Source: Candidatus Methanophagaceae archaeon | GTDB taxonomy: Archaea; Halobacteriota; Syntropharchaeia; Alkanophagales; Methanospirareceae | Length of the DNA: 32,000 bases | NCBI GenBank assembly: GCA_003194425.1 | Contig: PQXB01000001.1 | Span: 880,444-912,443 of the forward strand | Reading direction: 5' to 3' | Part shown: in pieces, positions 23,917-31,402 of the stretch | How the letters are laid out: each line of letters starts with the position of its first letter | Numbering within the stretch: position 1 is the stretch's first letter | Notes under the pieces: generated by a model | Told to the model about the DNA's origin: nothing | The model's input: only the letters and a program-made list of their open reading frames with translations | Databases searched by the model: none | Program-made: the position numbers and the translations under genes

Positions 23917-25383
23917 TCACCCTTCTCCGCCGAAGAACCGTCTCATCATCGGGAACATTTCCATCATCTGCTCCGACGCCACATCCTCGTAGAGCCTGTA
24001 AGCAATGCTCACTGCGAGAAGCAAGCCTGTTCCAGACGCCTGCCCGAGTGTGCCGAACATATTCGCGACCACGCACAGCACGCCCAGAATCGCACCGCCT
24101 ATTAACGCTATTTTTGGAATGTAGCCCTCCATCAACCGCTCAATCGTTGCGGGGGTTCGGCGGTGTCCAGGGATTTGCATTCCAGAGCGGTGAATCTGCG
24201 CCGCCACATCCTTCGCCCCCATTCCTGTCGTGTTTATCCAGAACAGCGCAAAGACCGCCCCCCCAACGACCATAAAAGCGAGGTCAACCCCCAGCCGCGC
24301 AGCAATTTGCCAGCCCGCGTGCGACGTTGTCATTAGACTCGGAAACCAGTCCCAAGGGCTGTAAATCGGGTCAAGGTAGTACATTAAACCCGACAAAGCG
24401 TTCCCGTAGCTGTCGTAAGTCCCGAAAATCGTAACACCGCGAGAGTAGAGCATTCTGCCGAAGCCCTGAATGCTCGCCTGCAACGCCCGCACCAAAATCA
24501 TCGGTAGCACGCTTGCGTAGAGCAGTTTAATCGGAAACCTGCCACGAGCACCCCTCGCCATCGAGTGTGCCAGCGGAATTTCTAACCGAGTAGTCTCGAG
24601 GTAAACGACGATGCAGAAAACCGCGATTGTTGAAATGAGGGCGATTAAGTGGTTTTCAAAGAGGAAGGTCAGTCCGCCCTCCAAGATTTCGTAGGGCGCT
24701 ACTTCTCTCGCAATTTGAATCCAGCGCGGAATTACGCCCACTGCCCACCCTCCGACACGAATCGGGCTGACGAGTCCAATAATTACTTGCTGCGAGACGC
24801 CTGCGAGGATAAAGAGCGAGATGCCCGAGCCGATTCCCCACTTCGAGACCACCTCGTCCATAAAATAAATCAGCATTCCGCCGACGAAGACCTGAACGAA
24901 GAGGAAGACCGAAATGAGCTGCAGAGAGACGTTAAGTTGCGAGGCAATTCCCGGGTCGGGCTTGTAAAATCCCACGACGTAGGTAAGACTAATAAAAGCA
25001 GCAAAGACGAGAACGAGCAGTTTCTGAAGGTTCTGGTAGAACGCTTGGTCGCGGGTGTCGCTCAAGTTCAATTTCAATATTCCCGCACCGGTCAGTAGTT
25101 GCAGGACGATCGAAGCGTCCACAATCGGCATTATTCCGAGCGCGGTCAGCGAGAACCGCTGGCCCGCGAAGAGTGCCCGCCACCTGCCGAAGAGGTCCAT
25201 CGAAGACCCTGGGCTTGTGTCGAGTCCGAAGAGCGGAATATTTCCGAGTGCGAAGAAGAGGACGAGAATTCCAACCGTCCAGGCTAACTTGCTCTTGAAA
25301 TGAATGTGCCAACCCGGGCGTTCAACCATCGGGAATTTGCTTAAAACCTTCGTTACGACTTCTTTGAAATTTATCTCGGTCAT
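23917..25383 (-). CDS. secY: Preprotein translocase subunit SecY
   Basis: The 488-aa polytopic membrane protein has about 10 hydrophobic segments and SecY-typical blocks (LFGLD ... GIMPIV ... LQLL, GSGISLFI). It has the conserved position directly after rpl15, with a 4-nt ATGA overlap at 25380-25383. Confidence 0.95.
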   Translation of the reverse strand: MTEINFKEVVTKVLSKFPMVERPGWHIHFKSKLAWTVGILVLFFALGNIPLFGLDTSPGSSMDLFGRWRALFAGQRFSLTALGIMPIVDASIVLQLLTGAGILKLNLSDTRDQAFYQNLQKLLVLVFAAFISLTYVVGFYKPDPGIASQLNVSLQLISVFLFVQVFVGGMLIYFMDEVVSKWGIGSGISLFILAGVSQQVIIGLVSPIRVGGWAVGVIPRWIQIAREVAPYEILEGGLTFLFENHLIALISTIAVFCIVVYLETTRLEIPLAHSMARGARGRFPIKLLYASVLPMILVRALQASIQGFGRMLYSRGVTIFGTYDSYGNALSGLMYYLDPIYSPWDWFPSLMTTSHAGWQIAARLGVDLAFMVVGGAVFALFWINTTGMGAKDVAAQIHRSGMQIPGHRRTPATIERLMEGYIPKIALIGGAILGVLCVVANMFGTLGQASGTGLLLAVSIAYRLYEDVASEQMMEMFPMMRRFFGGEG

Positions 25384-25850
25384 TTACCAATCTTCACCAC
25401 GCCGCCAGCAGCCTCTATTTTCTCTTTCGCCCGACTTGAAATCTTCTTCGCCCGAACCGTCAACGACAGCCTCTTCGTTACTCGCCCCTTCCCCAATATT
25501 TTTTCTACGCCGAGCCTGCTTGCGTCAAGCATTTTCTCCTCCGCTTTCCCCTCTGCCTTCCCCTCTACCTTCCCCTCTACCTTCCCCTCTGCTGCCAGCG
25601 CTTCCGCTTCCAGCATTTCCTCCAACTCGCCCACATTCAGCGTCCTGTCAACACGGCGATTTGGATTTGGGGAAATCTGTTGTGCCTTGTTTCCGCCTTT
25701 TCGCAGTCCCATTTTCAGGCTCCGCACGAAATGATGTCCGTAGGCGCCTGCGTTGCCTGAACCTCCTTTGCTGCCTTTTCCTCGTCTCTTTTTATGCGAC
25801 CCGCCACCGCAGGTCCTCGTCCCTCTTATTTTTTTTATCCTCTTTTTCAT
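25380..25850 (-). CDS. rpl15: Large-subunit ribosomal protein uL15 (archaeal L15P)
   Basis: The 156-aa product has the N-terminus KKIRGTRTCGGGSHKKRRGKGSKGGSGNAGAYGHHF and the C-terminus KILGKGRVTK ... V.AKKIS..AKEKIEAAGG, both typical of uL15. The (EGKV/EGKA)4 insert comes from a 12-bp x4 repeat at 25545-25592. Confidence 0.9.
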   Translation of the reverse strand: MKKRIKKIRGTRTCGGGSHKKRRGKGSKGGSGNAGAYGHHFVRSLKMGLRKGGNKAQQISPNPNRRVDRTLNVGELEEMLEAEALAAEGKVEGKVEGKAEGKAEEKMLDASRLGVEKILGKGRVTKRLSLTVRAKKISSRAKEKIEAAGGVVKIGK

Positions 25851-25908
25851 CGTCCCTTTTCTTCTTCTCTCTTCGTCCCTTTTCTTCTTCTCTCTTCGTC
25901 CCTTCTCT
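25851..25908. repeat. 23-bp tandem repeat (cgtcccttttcttcttctctctt x2, plus a partial copy) in the rpl15 leader
   Basis: Direct reading, immediately upstream (minus sense) of the rpl15 ATG. The tract is polypurine on the rpl15 mRNA strand. Confidence 0.85.
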
Positions 25909-25914
25909 TTTTAA

Positions 25915-25945
25915 TACTTTAGTTTTTATACAATTTATAAAAAGA
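25915..25945. promoter_or_regulatory. Putative bidirectional TATA region between rpl15 and tbp
   Basis: The only AT-rich block in the divergent intergenic region is ttaatactttagtttttatacaatttataaaaag. TATA-like sequences can be read on both strands. Confidence 0.45.
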
Positions 25946-26037
25946 GAGGGGAGAAAAGAAAGAGTAGAAAGGCGAGAAGAGAAGGGAAAGGGGAAAAAAG
26001 AGGAAAGGAGGGGAAAGGAAAGGAGAGAGGAGAAAAA
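25939..26037 (+). promoter_or_regulatory. 99-nt near-pure polypurine tract forming the 5' leader of tbp
   Basis: I counted directly and found only two pyrimidines (one t, one c) between 25939 and the ATG at 26038. The tract is rich in GGAG, GAGG and GGGGA motifs. Confidence 0.7.
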
Positions 26038-26586
26038 ATGAATGTAAAAATAAAGGTAGAGAATGTGGTAGCAAATGCGAGGATTGCTGACGAGCTGGAC
26101 TTGAACTACATAGAATCGCAGTTAGAAGACGCGGTCTTCACGAAGAAGAAGTTCCCTGGCTTGGTGTACAGGACAAAATATCCGAAGTCGGCTTTCCTAA
26201 TTTTTCGTTCCGGGAAAGTGGTCTGCACGGGGTCTAAGACGAAAGAGGGAGTGCGGGAGGTGATTGACAAGCTCGTTGCAGAGTTTAAAAGAATTGGCGT
26301 GAAGGTGTTTGAGCGGCCGGATTTTAGAGTGCAGAACATCGTCGCCTCCGCAAATCTCGGCAGGGATCTCAACCTTGGAGCGATTGTGGAGGGGCTGAAG
26401 TTGGAGGGGATGGAGTACGAGCCGGAGGTTTTTCCGGGGCTGGTCTTTCGGATTAATGAGCCGAAGAGTGCGATTCTGATTTTCAGTTCGGGTCGGCTGG
26501 TCATAACAGGCGGGAAGACGGTAGCGGACTGCGAGAGGTCGGTTGAGGTTTTGGTGAATAAATTGCAGTCCTTGAAGATAATTTAA
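26038..26586 (+). CDS. tbp: TATA-box binding protein
   Basis: The 182-aa product has two direct TBP repeats (ENVVANARI ... FPGLVYR ... AFLIFRSGKVVCTGSK, and QNIVASANL ... FPGLVFR ... AILIFSSGRLVITGGK). Confidence 0.95.
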   Translation: MNVKIKVENVVANARIADELDLNYIESQLEDAVFTKKKFPGLVYRTKYPKSAFLIFRSGKVVCTGSKTKEGVREVIDKLVAEFKRIGVKVFERPDFRVQNIVASANLGRDLNLGAIVEGLKLEGMEYEPEVFPGLVFRINEPKSAILIFSSGRLVITGGKTVADCERSVEVLVNKLQSLKII

Positions 26587-26601
26587 TGGCTAAGCAGTTT
26601 A

Positions 26602-27048
26602 ATGGCTAAGCAGGGACAGCGGGGACGGAAGGAGGAAGAGGAGTTTGAGCCGAAAATAGTGGCGTTCTGCTGCAACTGGTGCTCTTACACGGGTGCCGAC
26701 CTCGCGGGCGTCTCGCGCTACCAGTACCCCGCGAATGTGCGAGTAGTGCGGCTAATGTGTTCGGGGAGGGTGGAGCCTGTTTTCATCTTTGACGCGTTCA
26801 AGAACGGTGCAGACGGCGTGCTGGTTACGAGCTGTCACCCCGGCGACTGCCACTATGTTTCGGGTAACTTGGAAGCGGAGCGGAGGGTGGAGAAGACGAG
26901 GAAGGCGTTGGAATATTTGGGGCTCGGCGCCGAACGGCTTCGGTTGGAGAGGATTTCCGCGTCCGAGGGGCAGAGGTTCGCAGAAGTGATGCAAGAGTTT
27001 ACGGGGGCGGTAAAGAAGTTGGGGGCTTCGCCTTTGGTAGAAAAATGA
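26602..27048 (+). CDS. mvhD: Methyl-viologen-reducing hydrogenase delta subunit family protein (MvhD/FlpD)
   Basis: The 148-aa product contains IVAFCCNWCSYTGADLAG ... VRLMCSGRVEP ... DGVLVTSCHPGDCHYVSGN, the MvhD signature. It starts 15 nt after the tbp stop and overlaps the next gene by ATGA. Confidence 0.9.
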   Translation: MAKQGQRGRKEEEEFEPKIVAFCCNWCSYTGADLAGVSRYQYPANVRVVRLMCSGRVEPVFIFDAFKNGADGVLVTSCHPGDCHYVSGNLEAERRVEKTRKALEYLGLGAERLRLERISASEGQRFAEVMQEFTGAVKKLGASPLVEK

Positions 27049-28379
27049 GGAAGGTTGTTGTAGTCGTAGGTGCCGGGGTCTCGGGAATGCAGGCGGCGGT
27101 GGACCTCGGAGAAATGGGGTTCCACGTTTATTTGGTGGAGAAGGAGCCGTGGGTTGGCGGGCGGGTGGCGCGGTTTGAGAAGGTCTTTCCAAAGAACGAG
27201 AGTTCTGCTTCCTTTTTGAGACCGCGAGTTGAGGAGGTGGCGTGTAACGAGAAGATTGAGTTAATGTCGTATTCGGAGGTAGTAGCAGTGAGAAGGGTTG
27301 CGGGCGAGTTTGAGGTCACGGTAGAGCAGAAGCCGCGGTACGTGGATGCCGAGAAATGCACGAGCTGCGGGCAGTGTGCGGAGAAATGCCCAGTGGAAGT
27401 GCCGTGCGAGTTTAACGAAGGGTTGGGGACGCGGGGTGCAGTGTACGTGCCTCTCCCGCAGCAGGAGGCTCCGCTTTGTGCGTGTGCGGTAGTCGATTTT
27501 GAGAATTGTTTGCGGGGTAAGGGGAAGGGAGAAGGAGAAAGAAAGGAGTGCGACGCGTGTGTGAAGGCGTGCGAGCGGGACGCGATAGATTTCTCGCAGG
27601 AGAAGAGGCAGAGCAAGGTGAAAGCGGGCGCGATAATTCTGGCGACTGGAGCCGCAACTTACGACCCCGAGCCGAGGAACGACTACGGCTACGGGATTTA
27701 CGAGAACGTGGTAACCGCGATGGAACTTGAGCGGCTTTTGGACAGCTCTGGCTCGGGTCCGACAAGTGGGAAAGTGGTGAGACCTTCGGACTGCAAAGAG
27801 CCGTCGCGGGTGGGGTTCATAAATTGCGTCGGCTCGCGGGACTTGAGGACGAACGCTTACTGCTCTGGCGGGGTCTGCTGTATGTTTAACCTGAAGAACG
27901 CGGTTCTGCTGAAGGAGCGGCGGCCGGAGATTTCGTGCTACATTTTTTATACGGATTTGAGGGCGTCGTTCCGGGGCTACGAGGAACTTTACAACCGTGC
28001 GAGAGAAATCGGCGTGCGGTTTGTGCGCGGGCGACCGGCGGAGGTGGTAGAGAAGGAGGGAAGGAAAGGAGCGTTAGTAGTGCGGGTAGAGGACACTCTA
28101 AAGGGGAAGGTAAGGAATGTAGAAGTGGATTTGGTGGTTCTCGGCACTGGAATCGTTCCGCAGAAGGACGCCGAGAAAATGTCAAAAATGCTGAAGATTC
28201 CGCGTGGCGCAGACGGGTTCTTGACGGAGGCGAACCCGAAGTTGAATCCCGCAGAGACGGTGGCAGAGGGCGTCTTTGTCGCGGGCGGGGCGGCGGGTCC
28301 AAAGGACATTCAGTTCGCAGTCGCTCAGGGCAGTGCAGCAGCGGCGAAGGCGGCGGCGAGGGCGGCGGGATTGAAATGA
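27045..28379 (+). CDS. HdrA-like FAD/Fe-S oxidoreductase (short form: thioredoxin-reductase-like core plus inserted ferredoxin domain)
   Basis: The 444-aa product has the dinucleotide fold VVVVGAGVSGMQAAVDLGEMGFHVYLVEKEPWVGGR and ferredoxin motifs CTSCGQCAEKCP and C..CVKACERDAI. The HdrA hallmark NCVGSRD......YCSGGVCC and the C-terminal GVFVAGGAAGPKDI are present. It lacks the N- and C-terminal extra domains of canonical roughly 650-aa HdrA. Confidence 0.8.
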   Translation: MRKVVVVVGAGVSGMQAAVDLGEMGFHVYLVEKEPWVGGRVARFEKVFPKNESSASFLRPRVEEVACNEKIELMSYSEVVAVRRVAGEFEVTVEQKPRYVDAEKCTSCGQCAEKCPVEVPCEFNEGLGTRGAVYVPLPQQEAPLCACAVVDFENCLRGKGKGEGERKECDACVKACERDAIDFSQEKRQSKVKAGAIILATGAATYDPEPRNDYGYGIYENVVTAMELERLLDSSGSGPTSGKVVRPSDCKEPSRVGFINCVGSRDLRTNAYCSGGVCCMFNLKNAVLLKERRPEISCYIFYTDLRASFRGYEELYNRAREIGVRFVRGRPAEVVEKEGRKGALVVRVEDTLKGKVRNVEVDLVVLGTGIVPQKDAEKMSKMLKIPRGADGFLTEANPKLNPAETVAEGVFVAGGAAGPKDIQFAVAQGSAAAAKAAARAAGLK

Positions 28380-29005
28380 AAATAGTAGTGGGAATAACAG
28401 GTGCAAGCGGCGCCGTCTACGGAATAAGGCTGTTAGAGGTGCTGAACGAGCGAGCAGGCGAAAGAGACCGAGCAGGCGAAAGAGACCGAGCAGGCGAAAG
28501 AGGGAGCGTGGAAGTAGAGACGCACCTCGTTGTCTCCGCAACCGCAAAGCAGATAATTTCTTTTGAGACCGACTACGAGCTTGAGGAAATTTACGGGCTT
28601 GCTTCTCAGGTGCACGACAATTCCAACCTCACCGCAGGGCTGAGCAGCGGGTCAGTGCAGTACGACGGGGCGGTAATTCTGCCCTGCAGTATGAAAACGC
28701 TGGGCTGCGTCGCGGCAGGCGTTTCAACCACGCTAATCACGAGAGTTGCGGAAGTCTGCTTAAAAGAAGGGCGGAGACTTGTGCTCGTGCCGAGAGAGAC
28801 GCCGCTCAGTCTTGTTCACCTCGAAAATATGCTGCGGCTGAAGCGGGCGGGTGCGGTTCTGCTGCCTGCGTCGCCGGGATTTTACCACTCGCCGAGGACG
28901 GTGGTTGAGGTGGTGGATTTTGTCGTTGCGAGAGTGCTTGATATTTTAGGGATAAAAAACATAAATTTAGTAAAGCGGTGGGAACCGCCTGCTGAAAAGA
29001 CGTGA
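28376..29005 (+). CDS. ubiX: Flavin prenyltransferase UbiX
   Basis: The product starts MKIVVGITGASGAVYGIRLLEVL and includes LVVSATAKQII, AVILPCSMKTLGCVAAGVS, LVPRETPLS..HLENMLRL and GAVLLPASPGFYH. The true start is ATG 28376, which overlaps the hdrA-like stop (ATGA). The ORF-track start at 27935 is an out-of-context extension. An (AGERDR)n insert comes from an 18-bp x3 repeat at about 28450-28503. Confidence 0.9.
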   Translation: MKIVVGITGASGAVYGIRLLEVLNERAGERDRAGERDRAGERGSVEVETHLVVSATAKQIISFETDYELEEIYGLASQVHDNSNLTAGLSSGSVQYDGAVILPCSMKTLGCVAAGVSTTLITRVAEVCLKEGRRLVLVPRETPLSLVHLENMLRLKRAGAVLLPASPGFYHSPRTVVEVVDFVVARVLDILGIKNINLVKRWEPPAEKT

Positions 29006-29033
29006 AAAACAACGGAAAAAAGAAGAGGGAAAA

Positions 29034-30269
29034 ATGACGGAGAACACGATTTACATAATTGATGTCACGAACCGGGACGGGGTGCAGACCTCGCGGTTGG
29101 GGTTGGCGAAGTTGGAGAAGACGCTGCTAAACCTTTACCTTGGTGAGGCGGGCGTCTTTCAGAGCGAGTTCGGGTTTCCAGTAACAAGGCACGAGACGAA
29201 CTACTTGAACGCGAATTTGGAGTTGGCTGAGAAGGGAGCGTTGGGCAGAATTCGGCTCGGCGGGTGGCTGCGAGCGGTAAAGGAGGATGTGGAAGAGGCG
29301 TTTCGGCTGGTGCCGAGGTTGAAGCACCTTAATCTGAGCATCTCAACATCCGAGCAGATGATAAACGGCAAATTCCGGGGCAGATTCTCGTGGCGTGATA
29401 TTCTAACAAAGACCTCCGAAGCCGTTGACGCTGCCAAAGAGCACGGTGCCAAGAGCGTAGGTGTTAACGCAGAGGACGCCTCAAGGACCGAGCTCGGGAG
29501 GTTGGTTGAGTTCGCGGAGGCTGGAAAAGAGCGCGGTGCCGACCGTGTAAGGTACTGCGACACGCTCGGCTACGACGACCCCTTCACGATTTACGACCGC
29601 GTGAAAGCGATTGCAGAGGCGGTAAAAATCCCTGTCGAACTGCACTGCCACAACGACTTGGGAATGGCGGTCGCCTGCTCGGTCGCAGGAGCAAAAGGAG
29701 CGGTAGACGGTGGCGTAGACGCCTACATCAACACGACCGTTAACGGACTGGGCGAGCGAGCCGGGAACGCCGACCTCGTCGCCACAATCCTCGCAGTAAA
29801 GAAAGCGAGCGGTTTTGAGGGCAAATACCGTCTCCAACAAATCGACTTGAGCCAAGCCTGGAAAATATGCAACTACGCTTCGCTCGCTTTCCGTGTCCCT
29901 ATTCCCGTCAACCAGCCCGCGGTGGGCGAGAACGCCTTCGCACACGAGTCCGGCATTCACGTCGACGGCACGCTGAAGGACAGCAGAAACTACGAACTCT
30001 ACCACTACTCCGAGGTCGGCAGGGGACACATCGAGCAGATTGAGACCGGCAGGCTCATCACAACCGGCGAATACTCGGGAATTAAAGGCTTCAAGAACGT
30101 GGCGGGAAAATACGAGTTGGAATTTCGGGACGACGAGGAAGCCCGCGAGATTTTGGAACTCGTGCGCTACGCGAACGTTCACACGCAGAAGCCCGTGACC
30201 GAGGACGAGATGAAGTTCATCGCGAACTACCCCGAGCAGGCAAGAAAAATTATGTCGGTGCAGCCGTAA
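29034..30269 (+). CDS. HMGL-like / pyruvate carboxyltransferase family synthase (homocitrate / isopropylmalate / citramalate / Re-citrate synthase-like)
   Basis: The 411-aa product contains IIDVTNRDGVQT (a variant of the DTTLRDGEQ motif), RYCDTLGY, LHCHNDLGMAVA and HESGIHVDG, which are TIM-barrel metal-site motifs of this family. The substrate cannot be assigned from sequence alone. Confidence 0.75.
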   Translation: MTENTIYIIDVTNRDGVQTSRLGLAKLEKTLLNLYLGEAGVFQSEFGFPVTRHETNYLNANLELAEKGALGRIRLGGWLRAVKEDVEEAFRLVPRLKHLNLSISTSEQMINGKFRGRFSWRDILTKTSEAVDAAKEHGAKSVGVNAEDASRTELGRLVEFAEAGKERGADRVRYCDTLGYDDPFTIYDRVKAIAEAVKIPVELHCHNDLGMAVACSVAGAKGAVDGGVDAYINTTVNGLGERAGNADLVATILAVKKASGFEGKYRLQQIDLSQAWKICNYASLAFRVPIPVNQPAVGENAFAHESGIHVDGTLKDSRNYELYHYSEVGRGHIEQIETGRLITTGEYSGIKGFKNVAGKYELEFRDDEEAREILELVRYANVHTQKPVTEDEMKFIANYPEQARKIMSVQP

Positions 30270-30330
30270 TTTTTTTGTTTTTGATCAAACTTTTTCTTAA
30301 AAAATTGACTCCAAAAAAACAAAAAAAGTT
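30270..30330. terminator. Putative bidirectional oligo-T terminator region between convergent genes
   Basis: On the + strand, TTTTTTTGTTTTTG lies directly after the synthase stop. On the - strand, CTTTTTTTGTTTTTTTGG lies directly after the K+ channel stop. The two tracts are inverted copies of each other. Confidence 0.55.
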
Positions 30331-31332
30331 TCACTCTAACTCCTCAAACTCCTCCAACGACGCCCGGCTTCCAATGACCACGAGAGTGTCGCCTTCACGA
30401 ATCTCGTTCTCTGCACCTACATTTAAGATAATTTTTTCACCCCGAATAATCGCAAGAATCGTCGCCCTTCCTCCTCCTCCTCTCTCCTTCAACCTTAACT
30501 CCCCCACCCTCTTGCCCGCAAGTTTCGCACCGTGCTCGACCTTCAAACACTCCAACGAGGTCTCTCCTGTCTTTGTCGCGGACTCCAAGAAATCAACGAC
30601 CGCGGGTTTCGTCAGGCTCTTCGCCAACCTCCGACCACCGATTTCCTCCAGCAGAACCACCTTCTTCACTCCAACGCTGCACAACCTCTTCGCAGCCTCT
30701 TCAGAACTCGCCCGCGCCACAATATCCAAACTCTTGTTGAGGTCTCTCGCGGTGATCGCGAGCAGTAAATTGCTGCAATCCGAGGGCAGAGTAGAGACCA
30801 GCCCCGACGCCCGCTCCACTCCCGCTTCTCTCAAAACCTCGCCTCTCGTCGCGTTCCCTTCCACCACCGGCACCTCCTGCCTCCTCAACTCTTTCACCAC
30901 CTCTGCCTCGCACTCTACTACTACAAACTTCAAACCCTCTTTTCTAAACTCCTCTACAATCACTTGCCCTGTCCGCCCGCCGCCGCAAATTATCAGGTGC
31001 TTCTTCATCTTCGCCACGCTCCTCTTCTGCCTCACCAACCCAAACGCCTCGCTCAACCTTCCTTCCAGCACAGATTCCATTATCTCAACCAGCACATATA
31101 AGGCTACTCCAACGCCCGAAATAATCAGCCCCACCGTAAATATTCGCCCAGCAAGTGTCTCAGGTACAATATCGCCGTATCCGACCGTGGTAACCGTGGC
31201 GACGGTCAGGTACAAAGCCTCGAAGAGCGAGAGTTCTTGCTGCGCCTCGAGGTACCAGAACCCCACCGTCCCGACCACTACCACCATAAACAATAAACTG
31301 ACTGCGATCAGTACGTGCCTTATCGGCTCCAT
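30331..31332 (-). CDS. MthK-like potassium channel (2-TM pore plus RCK/TrkA-N and TrkA-C domains)
   Basis: The 333-aa product has two TM helices flanking the selectivity filter TVTTVGYGD. A Rossmann motif KHLIICGGGRTGQVIVEEF follows, and a C-terminal TrkA-C-like segment ends ...REGDTLVVIGSRASLEEFE. Confidence 0.9.
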   Translation of the reverse strand: MEPIRHVLIAVSLLFMVVVVGTVGFWYLEAQQELSLFEALYLTVATVTTVGYGDIVPETLAGRIFTVGLIISGVGVALYVLVEIMESVLEGRLSEAFGLVRQKRSVAKMKKHLIICGGGRTGQVIVEEFRKEGLKFVVVECEAEVVKELRRQEVPVVEGNATRGEVLREAGVERASGLVSTLPSDCSNLLLAITARDLNKSLDIVARASSEEAAKRLCSVGVKKVVLLEEIGGRRLAKSLTKPAVVDFLESATKTGETSLECLKVEHGAKLAGKRVGELRLKERGGGGRATILAIIRGEKIILNVGAENEIREGDTLVVIGSRASLEEFEELE

Positions 31333-31402
31333 CCTTCCCTCTTTAACGAATTTTCTTATACATTGGCATAAGTAGTTTTCCCTTTTAAATTGCTGTTTTT
31401 AG

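Noticed and set aside
25304-26041. 245-aa plus-strand ORF spanning the rpl15-tbp region
   Set aside because: It is antisense to rpl15 and then reads through the polypyrimidine and polypurine tracts (LFFFSL..., then KERVERREEKGKGKK). It is a compositional artefact.
27935-28375. N-terminal 147 aa of the ORF-track entry 27935..29005
   Set aside because: This part overlaps the hdrA-like gene in another frame and is G/R-rich nonsense. The UbiX homology starts exactly at ATG 28376 (MKIVVGITGASG).
30275-31375. 366-aa plus-strand ORF
   Set aside because: It is antisense to the K+ channel gene, which has an unmistakable TVGYGD filter and RCK domain. The plus-frame product is S/T/P-rich and low in complexity.
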